A stretch of DNA of 64,000 nucleotides, taken from the NCBI GenBank assembly GCA_030390025.1, contig CM059438.1, forward strand, positions 56,298,001 through 56,362,000, given 5' to 3'. Origin of the DNA: Squalus acanthias. Taxonomy: Eukaryota. Shown piece by piece: positions 28,901-40,900 of this stretch. How positions within the stretch are numbered: the stretch's first letter is position 1; every line of letters starts with the position of its first letter. The notes under the pieces were generated by a model that saw only the letters and a program-made list of their open reading frames with translations, was not told the origin of the DNA and made no database searches. The position numbers and the translations under genes are program-made.

Positions 28901-31900
28901 TCAGGGGGCAGTACTGATGGGGTGCTAGAGTGTAGCAGTGGCAGTACTGAGGGAGTAATGCACGGTCGGAGGGGGAGTACTGAGGAAACGCTGCACTGTC
29001 GGAGGGGCAGTACTGAGGGATCACTGCACTGTCGGAGGGGCATTACTGAGGGAACACTGCACTGTCGGAGGGGTAGTACTGAGGGAGCGCTGCATTGTTG
29101 GAGGGGCAGTACTGAGGGAGTGCTGCACTGTCAGGGGGCAGTACTGATGGGGTGCTAGAGTGTAGGAGTGGCAGTACTGAGGGAGTGCTGCACAGTCAGA
29201 GGGGCAGTAATGACGCTGCACTGCACTGTCGGAGGGGCAGTACTGAGGGAGTGCTGCACTGTCGGAGGGGCAGTACTGAGGGTGCACTGCACTGTCAGAT
29301 GGGCAGTTCTGAGGGAGTGCTGCACTGTCGGAGGGTCTGTACTGAGGGAGTGCTGCACTGTCGGAGGGCAGTACTGAGAGAGCGCTGCACTGTCGGAAGG
29401 GCAGTACTGAGGGATCGCTGCACTGTCGGAGGCACAGTACTGAGGGAGCGCTGCACTGTCAAAGGGGCAGTACTGAGTGAGGGCTGCACTGTCGGAGGGT
29501 CAGTACTGAGGAAACGCTGCACTGTCAGAGGGGCAGTACTGAGGGAGTGTTGCACTGTCAGGGGGCAGTACTGAGAGAGCAGTGCACTGTCGGAGGGTCA
29601 GTACCGAGGGAGCGCCGCACTGTTGGAGGATGTGTACTGAGGGAGTGCTGCACTGTCGGAGGGGCAGTACTGAGGGAGTGCTGCACTGTCGGAGGGTCAG
29701 TACTGAGGGAGCGCTGCACTGTCGGAGGGTCAGTACCGAGGGAGCGCCGCACTGTTGGAGGATGTGTACTGAGGAAGCGCTGCACTGTCGGAGGTCAGTA
29801 CTGAGGGAACGCCGCACTCTCGGAGGGGTAGTACTGAGGGAGGGCTGCACTGTCGGAGGGGCAGTACTGAGGGAGCTCTGCACTGTCGGAGGAGCAGTAC
29901 AGAGGGAGCGCTGCACTGTCTGAGGGTCAGTAGTGAGGGAGCGCTGCACTGTCGGAATGTCAGTACTGAGGGAGCGCTGCAATGTTGGAGGGGCATTACT
30001 GAATGAGCGCTGCACTGTCGGAGCGGCAGTACTGAGGGAGTGCTGCACTGTCGGAGGGGGAGTACTGAGGGAGCGGTGCACTGTCGGAGGGGCAGTACTG
30101 AGGGTGTGCTGCACTTTCGGAGGAGCAGTATTGAGGGACAGCTGGACTATCGAAGGGGCAGTACTGAGGGAGTGCCGCACTGTCGGATGGTCAGTAGCGA
30201 GGGAGCGCCGCAATGTCGGAGGGTGTGTACTGAGGGAGTGCTGGATTGTCAAAGGAGCAGTACTGAGGGAGAGCTGCACTGTCAGAGGGGCAGTACTGAG
30301 GCAGCGCTGCACTGTCGGAGGGCAGTATTGAGGGAGCGCTGCACTGTCGGAGGGGCAGTACTGAGGGAGCGCTGCACTGTCACAGGGCAGTATTGAGGGA
30401 GCACTGTACTGTCGGAGGGGCAGGACTGAGGGAGCGCTGCACTGTCGGAGGGCAGTACTGAGGGACTGCTGCACTGTCGGAGGGCAGTATTGAGGGAGCA
30501 CTGTACTGTCGGAGGGTCTGTGCTGAGGGAGCCCCGCACTGTCGGAGGGTGTGTACTGAGGGAGCGCTCTACTGTCGGCAGGGCAGTACTGAGGGAGCGA
30601 TGCACTGTCAGAGGGCAGTACTGAGGGAGCGCCGCACTGTCAGATGGGCAGTACTGAGGGAGTGCTGCACTTTCGGAGGGGAATTACTGAGGGAGCGCCG
30701 CACTGTCAGATGGGCAGTACTGAGGCAGTGCTGCACTTTCGGAGGGGCAGTACTGAGGGAGTGCCGCAATGTCAGAAGGGCAGTACTGAGGGAGCGCTGC
30801 ACAGTCGGAGGGGCAGTACTGTAGGAGCACTGCACTGTCGGAGGGGCAGTACTGTGGGAGCACTGCACTGTCAGAGGAGCAGTACTGTGTGAGCGCTGCG
30901 CTATCGGAGGGGCAGTACTGTGGGAGCACTGCACTGTTGGAGGAGCAGTACTGAGGGAGTGCTGCATTGTCGGAGGGGCAGTACAGAAGGACTGCTGCAC
31001 TGTCGGAGGGTCATTACTGAGGGAGCGCTGCATTGTCGGAGGGGCAGTACTGAGGGAGCGCTGCACTGTCAGAGGAGCAGTACTGTGTGAGCGCTGCACT
31101 GTCAGAGGGGCAGTTCTGTGGGAGCGCTGCATTGTCGGAGGGGCAGTACTGAGGGAGCGCTGCACTCTCGGAGGGGCAGTCCTGAGGGTGTGCTGCACTG
31201 TCAGGGGGCAGGACTGAGGGAGTGCTGGACTGTCGGAGGGGCAATACTGAGGGAGCACTGCACTGTCGGAGGGTCATTACTGAGGGAGGGCTGCACTGTT
31301 GGAGAGGCAGAACTGAGGGAGTGCTGGACTGTTGGAGGGTCATTACTGAGGGAGCACTGCACTGTCGGAAGGGCAGTACTGAGGGAGCGCTGCACTGTCG
31401 GAGGGGTAGTACTGAGGGAGCGCTGCAGTGTCGGAGGGGCAATACTGAGGGTGCGCTGCACTGTCAGAGTGCCAGTACTGAGTGAGCGCTGCACTGTCGG
31501 AGGGGTAGTACTGAGGGAGCACTGCAATGTCGGAGGGGCAATACTGAGGGAGCGCTGCATTGTGGGAGGGTCAGTACTGAGGGAGTGCTGCACTGTCAGG
31601 GGACAATACTGAGGGAGTGCTGCACTGTCGGAGGGGCAGTACTGAGGGAGCGCTGCACTGTCGGAAGGGCAGTACTGAGGGAGTGCTGCACTGTCGGAGG
31701 GGTAGTACTGAGGGAGCGCTGCAGTGTCGGAGGGGCAATACTGAGGGTGCGCTGCACTGTCAGAGTGCCAGTACTGAGTGAGCGCTGCACTGTCGGAGGG
31801 GTAGTACTGAGGGAGCACTGCAATGTCGGCGGGGCAATACTGAGGGAGCGCTGCATTGTGGGAGGGTCAGTACTGAGGGAGTGCTGCACTGTCAGAGGGG

Positions 31901-34900
31901 CAGAACTGAGTGAGGACTGCGTTGTCGGAGGGGGAGTACTGAGGGAGCGCTGCACTGTTGGAGGGGCAGTACTGAGGGAGTGCTGCACTGTTGGAGGGGC
32001 AGTACTGAGGGTGCGCTGCACTGTCGGAGGGGCAGTACTGAGGGAGCGGTGCACTGTTGGGGCAGTACTGAGGGAGCGCTGTACTGTTGGAGGGGCAGTA
32101 CTGAGTGAGCGCTGCCCTGTTGGAAGGGCAGTACTGAGGGAACGCTGCACTTTCAGGGGGGCCGTACTGAGGGAGTGCTGCACTGTCAGACGGGCAGTAC
32201 TGAGGGAGTGCTGCACTGTCGGAAGGGCAGTACTGAGGGAGCGCTGCACTGTCGGAGGGGCTAAACTGAGGGAGCGCTGCAATGTTGGAGGGGCAGTACT
32301 GAATGAGCGCTACACTGTCGGAGCGGCAGTACTGAGGGAGTGCTGCACTGTCGGAGGGGCAGTACTGAGTGAGCGCTGCACTGTCGGAGGGGCAGCACTG
32401 AGGGAGCGCTGTACTGTCGAAGGGGCAGTACTGAGGGAGTGCTGCACTGTCGGAGCGGCAGTACTGAGGGAGTGCTGCACTGTCGAAGGTGCAGTACTGA
32501 GGGAGTGCTGCACTGTCGAAGGGGCAGTACTAAGGGAGCGCTGCACTGTCGAAGGTGCAGTACTGAGGGACCACTGCACTGTCGGAGGGGTAGTACTGAG
32601 GGAGCACTGCATTGTTGGAGGGGCAGTACTGAGGGAGTGCTGCACTGTCGGAGGGGTAGTACTGAGGGAGCGCTGCATTGTTGGAGGGGCAGTACTGAGG
32701 GAGTGCTGCACTGTCAGGGGGCAGTACTGATGGGGTGCTAGAGTGTAGCAGTGGCAGTACTGAGGGAGTAATGCACGGTCGGAGGGGGAGTACTGAGGAA
32801 ACGCTGCACTGTCGGAGGGGCAGTACTGAGGGATCACTGCACTGTCGGAGGGGCATTACTGAGGGAACACTGCACTGTCGGAGGGGTAGTACTGAGGGAG
32901 CGCTGCATTGTTGGAGGGGCAGTACTGAGGGAGTGCTGCACTGTCAGGGGGCAGTACTGATGGGGTGCTAGAGTGTAGGAGTGGCAGTACTGAGGGAGTG
33001 CTGCACAGTCAGAGGGGCAGTAATGACGCTGCACTGCACTGTCGGAGGGGCAGTACTGAGGGAGTGCTGCACTGTCGGAGGGGCAGTACTGAGGGTGCAC
33101 TGCACTGTCAGATGGGCAGTTCTGAGGGAGTGCTGCACTGTCGGAGGGTCTGTACTGAGGGAGTGCTGCACTGTCGGAGGGCAGTACTGAGAGAGCGCTG
33201 CACTGTCGGAAGGGCAGTACTGAGGGATCGCTGCACTGTCGGAGGCACAGTACTGAGGGAGCGCTGCACTGTCAAAGGGGCAGTACTGAGTGAGGGCTGC
33301 ACTGTCGGAGGGTCAGTACTGAGGAAACGCTGCACTGTCAGAGGGGCAGTACTGAGGGAGTGTTGCACTGTCAGGGGGCAGTACTGAGAGAGCAGTGCAC
33401 TGTCGGAGGGTCAGTACCGAGGGAGCGCCGCACTGTTGGAGGATGTGTACTGAGGGAGTGCTGCACTGTCGGAGGGGCAGTACTGAGGGAGTGCTGCACT
33501 GTCGGAGGGTCAGTACTGAGGGAGCGCTGCACTGTCGGAGGGTCAGTACCGAGGGAGCGCCGCACTGTTGGAGGATGTGTACTGAGGAAGCGCTGCACTG
33601 TCGGAGGTCAGTACTGAGGGAACGCCGCACTCTCGGAGGGGTAGTACTGAGGGAGGGCTGCACTGTCGGAGGGGCAGTACTGAGGGAGCTCTGCACTGTC
33701 GGAGGAGCAGTACAGAGGGAGCGCTGCACTGTCTGAGGGTCAGTAGTGAGGGAGCGCTGCACTGTCGGAATGTCAGTACTGAGGGAGCGCTGCAATGTTG
33801 GAGGGGCAGTACTGAATGAGCGCTGCACTGTCGGAGCGGCAGTACTGAGGGAGTGCTGCACTGTCGGAGGGGGAGTACTGAGGGAGCGGTGCACTGTCGG
33901 AGGGGCAGTACTGAGGGTGTGCTGCACTTTCGGAGGAGCAGTACTGAGGGAGAGCTGGACTATCGAAGGGGCAGTACTGAGGGAGTGCCGCACTGTCGGA
34001 TGGTCAGTAGCGAGGGAGCGCCGCAATGTCGGAGGGTGTGTACTGAGGGAGTGCTGGATTGTCAAAGGAGCAGTACTGAGGGAGAGCTGCACTGTCAGAG
34101 GGGCAGTACTGAGGCAGCGCTGCACTGTCGGAGGGCAGTATTGAGGGAGCGCTGCACTGTCGGAGGGGCAGTACTGAGGGAGCGCTGCACTGTCACAGGG
34201 CAGTATTGAGGGAGCACTGTACTGTCGGAGGGGCAGGACTGAGTGAGCGCTGCACTGTCGGAGGGCAGTACTGAGGGAGCACTGTACTGTCGGAGGGTCT
34301 GTGCTGAGGGAGCCCCGCATTGTCGGAGGGTGTGTACTGAGGGAGCGCTCTACTGTCGGCAGGGCAGTACTGAGGGAGTGCTGCACTTTCGGAGGGGCAT
34401 TACTGAGGGAGTGCTGCACTGTCGGAGTGTCAGTACTGAGGCAGTGCTGCACTTTCGGAGGGGCAGTACTGAGGGAGTGCCGCAATGTCAGAAGGGCAGT
34501 ACTGAGGGAGCGCTGCACAGTCGGAGGGGCAGTACTGTAGGAGCACTGCACTGTTGGAGGGGCAGTACTGTGGGAGCACTGCACTGTCAGAGGAGCAGTA
34601 CTGTGTGAGCGCTGCACTATCGGAGGGGCAGTACTGTGGGAGCACTGCACTGTTGGAGGAGCAGTACTGAGGGAGTGCTGCATTGTCGGAGGGGCAGTAC
34701 AGAAGGACTGCTGCACTGTCGGAGGGTCATTACTGAGGGAGCACTGCACTGTCAGAGCGGCAGTACTGTGGGAGCGCTGCATTGTCGGAGGGGCAGTACT
34801 GAGGGAGCGCTGCACTGTCAGAGGAGCAGTACTGTGTGAGCGCTGCACTGTCAGAGGGGCAGTTCTGTGGGAGCGCTGCATTGTCGGAGGGGCAGTACTG

Positions 34901-37900
34901 AGGGAGCGCTGCACTCTCGGAGGGGCAGTCCTGAGGGTGTGCTGCACTGTCAGGGGGCAGGACTGAGGGAGTGCTGGACTGTCGGAGGGGCAATACTGAG
35001 GGAGCACTGCACTGTCAGAGGGGCAGAACTGAGGGAGCGCTACACTGTCGGAGGGGCAGTACTGAGGGAGCGCAGCACTGTCGGAGGGTCATTACTGAGG
35101 GAGGGCTGCACTGTTGGAGAGGCAGAACTGAGGGAGTGCTGGACTGTTGGAGGGTCATTACTGAGGGAGCGCTGCAGTGTCGGAGGGGCAATACTGAGGG
35201 TGCGCTGCACTGTCAGAGTGCCAGTATTGAGTGAGCGCTGCACTGTCGGAGGGGTAGTACTGAGGGAGCACTGCAATGTCGGAGGGGCAATACTGAGGGA
35301 GCGCTGCATTGTGGGAGGGTCAGTACTGAGGGAGTGCTGCACTGTCAGAGGGGCAGTACTGAGGGAGGGCTGCAATGTCGGAGGGGCAGTACTAAGGGAG
35401 AGCTGCACTGTCAGGGGACAATACTGAGGGAGTGCTGCACTGTCGGAGGGGCAATACTGAGGGTGCGCTGCACTGTCAGAGGGCCAGTACTGAGGGAGCG
35501 CTGCACTGTCGGAAGGGCAGTACTGAGGGAGCGCTGCACTGTCGGAGGGGTAGTACTGAGGGAGCGCTGCAGTGTCGGAGGGGCAATACTGAGGGTGCGC
35601 TGCACTGTCAGAGTGCCAGTACTGAGTGAGCGCTGCACTGTCGGAGGGGTAGTACTGAGGGAGCACTGCAATGTCGGAGGGGCAATACTGAGGGAGCGCT
35701 GCATTGTGGGAGGGTCAGTACTGAGGGAGTGCTGCACTGTCAGAGGGGCAGTACTGAGGGAGGGCTGCAATGTCGGAGGGGCAGTACTAAGGGAGAGCTG
35801 CACTGTCAGGGGACAATACTGAGGGAGTGCTGCACTGTCGGAGGGGCAATACTGAGGGTGCGCTGCACTGTCAGAGGGCCAGTACTGAGTGAGCGCTGCA
35901 CTGTCGGAGGGGTAGTACTGAGTGAGCGCTGCACTGTCGGAGGGGTAGTACTGAGGGAGCGCTACAATGTCGGAGGGGCAATACTGAGGGAGCGCTGCAT
36001 TGTGGGAGGGTCAGTACTGAGGGAGTGCTGCATTGTCAGAGGGGCAGTACTGAGGGAGGGCTGCAAAGTCGGAGGGGCAGTACTAAGGGAGTGCTGCACT
36101 GTCAGGGGACAGTACTGAGGGAGCCCTGCACTGTCAGAGGGGCAGTACTGAGGGAGCGCTGCACTGTCGGAGGGGCAGTACTGAGGGAGCGCGGCACTGT
36201 CGGAAGGCAGTACTGAGGGAGAGCTGGACTGTCGAAGGGGCAGTACTGAGGGAGCGCTGCACTGTCAGAGGGGCAGTCCTGAGGGTGCTCTGCACTGTTG
36301 GAGGGACAGTGCTGAGGGAGTGCTGCACTGTCAGAGGGGCAGTACTGAGTGAGCACTGCACTGTCGGAGGGGCAGTACTGAGGGAGCACTGCACTGTTGG
36401 AGGGTCTGTACTGAGGGAGTGCTGCACTGTCGGAAGGTCATTACTGAGGGAGCGCTGCACTGTTGGAGGGGCAGTACTGAGTAAACGCTGCACTGTTGGA
36501 GGGTCAGTACTGAGGGAGCGCTGCACTGTCGTACGGGCATTACTGAGGAAACGCTGCACTGTCGGAGAGCTGCACTGTCGGAGGGGCAGTACTGAGGGAG
36601 CGCTGCATTGTCAGAAGGGCTGTACTGAGGGTGTGCTGCATTGTCGGAGGGACAGTACTGAGGGAGTGCTGCACTGTCAGGGGGACAGTACTGAGGGTGT
36701 GCTGCATTGTCGGAGGGACAGTACTGAGGGAGTGCTGCACTGTCGGAGGGACAGTACTGAGGGAGTGCTGCATTGTCGGAGGGACAGTACTGAGGGTGTG
36801 CTGCATTGTCGGAGGGACAGTACTGAGGGAGTGCTGCACTGTCGGAGGGGCAGTACTGAGGGAGTGCTGCACTGTCGGAGGAGCAGTACTGAGGGAGCGC
36901 TGCACTGTCGGAGGAGCAGTACTGAGGGAGTGCTGCACTGTCAGAGGGACAGTTTTGAGGGAACGCTGCACTGTCGGAGGGGCAGTACTGAGGGAGTGCT
37001 GCACTGTCAGGGGGACAGTACTGAGGGAGCGCTGCACTATCGGAGGGGCAGTACTGAGGGAGCGCTGCACTTTCGGAGGGGCAGTCCTGAGGGAGTGCTG
37101 CACTGTCGGTGGTGCAGTACTGAGGGAATGCCGCACTGTCGGAGAGTCAGTGCTGAGGCAGCGCTGACCTGTCGGAGGGGCAGTACTGAGGGAGTGCTGC
37201 ACTGTCAGAGGGACAGTTTTGAGGGAACGCTGCACTGTCGGAGTGACAGTACAGTGTAAATTATGGGCTGTAGGAGATGCTGACTCACGCTTATTTCATT
37301 AAATTTGCACCAGTTCTGGATGAGAGTCCTGTTCCTGGCGCTTGCGTCTCCAGTTGCAATGGCCGATATCACTGACTGATCCAGCTGCAGAGGAAGGAAA
37401 CCCATATTAGCTTTTAAGAACATAAGATATCGGAAAAGGAGTCGGCCATTCGGCCTCTCGCGCCTGCTCCGCCATTCAATAAGATCATGGCTGATCTTCT
37501 ACCTCATCTCCACCTTCCCACACTATCCCCATATCCCTTAATTCCCTTCGTTCCCCAAAATCTATCGATCTCTGTCTTGAATATACTCAACGACTGAGCC
37601 TCCACAGCCCTCTGGGGTAGAGAATTCCAGAGATTCACCGCCCTCTGAGTGAAGACATTTCTCCTCATCTCAGTCCTAAATGTCCGACCCCTTATTCTGT
37701 GACTGTGACCCTGTGTTCTAGATTCCTCAGCCTGGGGAATAATTTTCCCAGCATTAACCCTGTCAAGCCCCTTAAGAATTTTATATGTTTCTTTTTTTAA
37801 AATTCGTTTATGGGATGTGGGCATCACTGGCAAGGCCAGCATTTATTGCCCATCCCTAATTGCCTTGAGAAGGTGGTGGTGAGCCGCCTTCTTGAACCGC

Positions 37901-40900
37901 TGCAGTCCGTGTGGTGAAGGTACTCCCACAGCGCTGTTAGGGAGGTAGTTCCAGGATTTTTACCCAGCGACGATGAAGGATCGGCGATATACTTCTAAGT
38001 CAGGATGGTGTGTGACTTGGAGGGGAACTTGGAGGTGGTGGTGTTCCCATGCGCCTGCTGCCCTTGTCCTTCTAGGTGGAAGAGGTCGCAGGTTTGGGAG
38101 GTGCTGTCGAAGAAGCCTTGGCGAGTTGCTGCAGTGCATCTTGTAGATGGTACACACTGCAGCCACGGTACGCCGGTGGTGGAGGGAGTGAATGTTTAAG
38201 GTGGTGGATGGGGTGCCAATCAAGCGGCTGCTTTGTCCTGGATGGTGTCGAGCTTCTTGAGTGTTGTTGGAGCTGCACTCATCCAGGCAAGTGGAGAGTA
38301 TTCCATCACACTCCTTCCTTGTGCCTTGTAGATGGTGGAAAGGCTTTGGGGAGTCAGGAGGTGAGACAGTCGTCGCAGAATACCCAGCCTCTGACCTGCT
38401 CTTGTTGCCACAGTATTTATGTGGCTGGTCCAGTTAAGTTTCTTGTCAATGGTGACCCCCAGGATGTTGTTGCTGGGGGATTCGACGATGGTAATGCTGT
38501 TGAATGTCAAGGGGCGGTGGTTAGACTCTCGCTTGTTGGAGATAGTCATTGCCTGGCACTTGTGTGGTGCGAATGTTACTTGCCACTTATCAGCCCAAGC
38601 CTGAACGTTGTCCAGGTCTTGTTGCATGCGGGCATGGACTGCTTCATTATCTGAGGAGTTGTGAATGGCACTGAACACTGTGCAGTCATCAGTGAACATC
38701 CCCATTTCTGACCTTATGTTGGAGGGAAGGTCATTGATGAAGCAGCTGAAGATGGTTGGGCTTAGGACACTGCCCTGAGGAACTCCTGCAGCAATGTCCT
38801 GGGGCTGTGATGATTGACCTTCAACCACCACAACCATCTTCCTTTGTGCTCGGTATGACTCCAGCCAGTGTAGAGTTTTCCCCCCAATTCCCATTGACTT
38901 GAGTTTTACTGGGGCTCCTTGATGCCACTCGGTCAAATGCTGCCTTGATGTCAAGGGAAGTCACTTTCACCTCACCTCTGGAATTCAGCTCCTTTGTCCA
39001 TGTTTGGAACTCTCACCTCACCTCTGGAATTCAGCTCCTTTGTCCATGTTTGGAACTCTCACCTCACCTCTGGAATTCAGCTCCTTTGTCCATGTTTGGA
39101 CCAAGGCTGTAATGAGGTCGGGAGCCGAGTGGTCCTGGCGGAACCCAAACTGAGCATCGGTGAGCAGGTTATTGGTGAGTAAGTGCCGCTTGATAGCACT
39201 GTCGATGGCACCTTCCATCACTTTGCTGATGATTGAGAGTAGACTGATGGGGCGGTAATTGGCCGGATTGGATTTGTCCTGCTTTCTGTTGACAGGACAC
39301 ACCTGGGCAGTTTTCCACATTGTCGGATAGATGCCAGTGTTGTAGCTGAACTGGAACAACTCGGCTAGAGGCGCGGCTGGTTCTGGAGCACAAGTCTTCA
39401 GCACGATAGCCGGGATGTTGTCGGGACCCATAGCCTTTGCTGTATCCAGTACACTCAGCCGTTTCTTGATATCACGTGGAGTGAATCGAATTGGCTGAAG
39501 ACTGGCTTCTGTGATGGTGGGGACCTCAGGAGTAGGCTGATATGGATCATCTACTCGGCACTTCTAGCTGAAGATGGTTGCAAACGCTTCAGTCTTGTCT
39601 TTTGCACTCAGGTGCTGGGCTCCACCGTCATTGAGGATGGAGATATTCATGGAGCCTCCTCCTCCCGTTAGTTGTTTAATGGTCCACCACCATTCACGAC
39701 TGGATGTGGCAGGACTGCAGAGCTTTGAACTGATCCATTGGTTGTGGGATCGCTTAGCTCTGTCTATAGAATGCTGCTTCTGCTTTTTAGCATGCATGTA
39801 GTCCTGTGTTGTAGCTTCCTCAGGATGGCACCTCATTTTTAGGTACGTCTGGTGCTGCTCCTGGCATGCTCTTCTACACTCCTTATTGAACCAGGGTTAT
39901 TTCCCTGGCTTGATGGTAATGGTAGAGTGAGGGATATGCCGGGCCATGAGGTTACAGATTGTGGTGGAATACAATTCACCTGCTGCTGAAGGCTCACAGC
40001 GCTTCATGGATGCCCAGTTTTGAGCTGCTAGATCTGTCCTGAATCTATCCCATTTAGCACGGTGGTAGCGCCACAAAACACGATGGAGGGTGTCCTCAGT
40101 GTGAAGATGGGACTTTATCTCCACAATGACTGTGCAGTGGTCACTACTACCAATACTGTCATGGACAGATGCATCTGTGACAGGTAGATTGGTGAGGATG
40201 AGGTCAAATAGGTTTTTCCCTCGTGTTGGTTCTCTCACCACCTGTCGCAGGCCCAGATGTCCTTCAGGGCTCGGCCAGCTCGGTCAGTAGTGGTGCTACC
40301 GAGCCACTCTTGGTGATGGACATTGAAGTCCCCCACCCAGAGTACATTCTGTGCCCTTGCTACTCTCAGTGCTTCTTTCAAGTGGTGTTCAACATGGAGG
40401 AGTACTGATTCATCAGCTGAGGGAGGGCGGTAGGTGGTAATCAGCAGGAGGTTTCCTTACCCATGCTTGACCTAAAGTCATGAGACTTCATGGGGTCTGG
40501 AGTCAATTTGATCACCTCTCATTCTTCTAAAGTCTGGAGAATATAGGCCTAGTCTACTCAATCTCTCCTCATAGGGCAATCCCCTCATCCCAGGAACCAG
40601 TCTAGTGAACCTTCACTGCACTCCCTCTAAGGCAAGTATGACGTTCGTTAGGTAAGGAGACCAGAACTGTACACAGTATTTCAGGTGTGGTCTCACCAAT
40701 GCCCCGTATAATTGTAGTAAGACTTCTTGGGAGAAAAGTTTGGTTGGTTAGTGCCTCCCTTTAGCGCCTTCGGGGGACGCTAACGGGGCGCTAGGAACTT
40801 AGCGCCCGAGCGCGGTGATTTTAGCGCCGCTCGCGAAATTGACCAGTCATTTTGTGGCGGCGCTAAACACTACCGCCACGATCTCCTGCACCCGCAGATC

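Noticed and set aside
27192..37259. Long mucin-like or Cys-rich ORFs (up to 564 aa; [22 protein letters not shown])
   Set aside because: A 33-bp unit is a multiple of 3 and leaves several frames open on both strands. Frequent 32-bp units shift frames freely, and the region is intronic.
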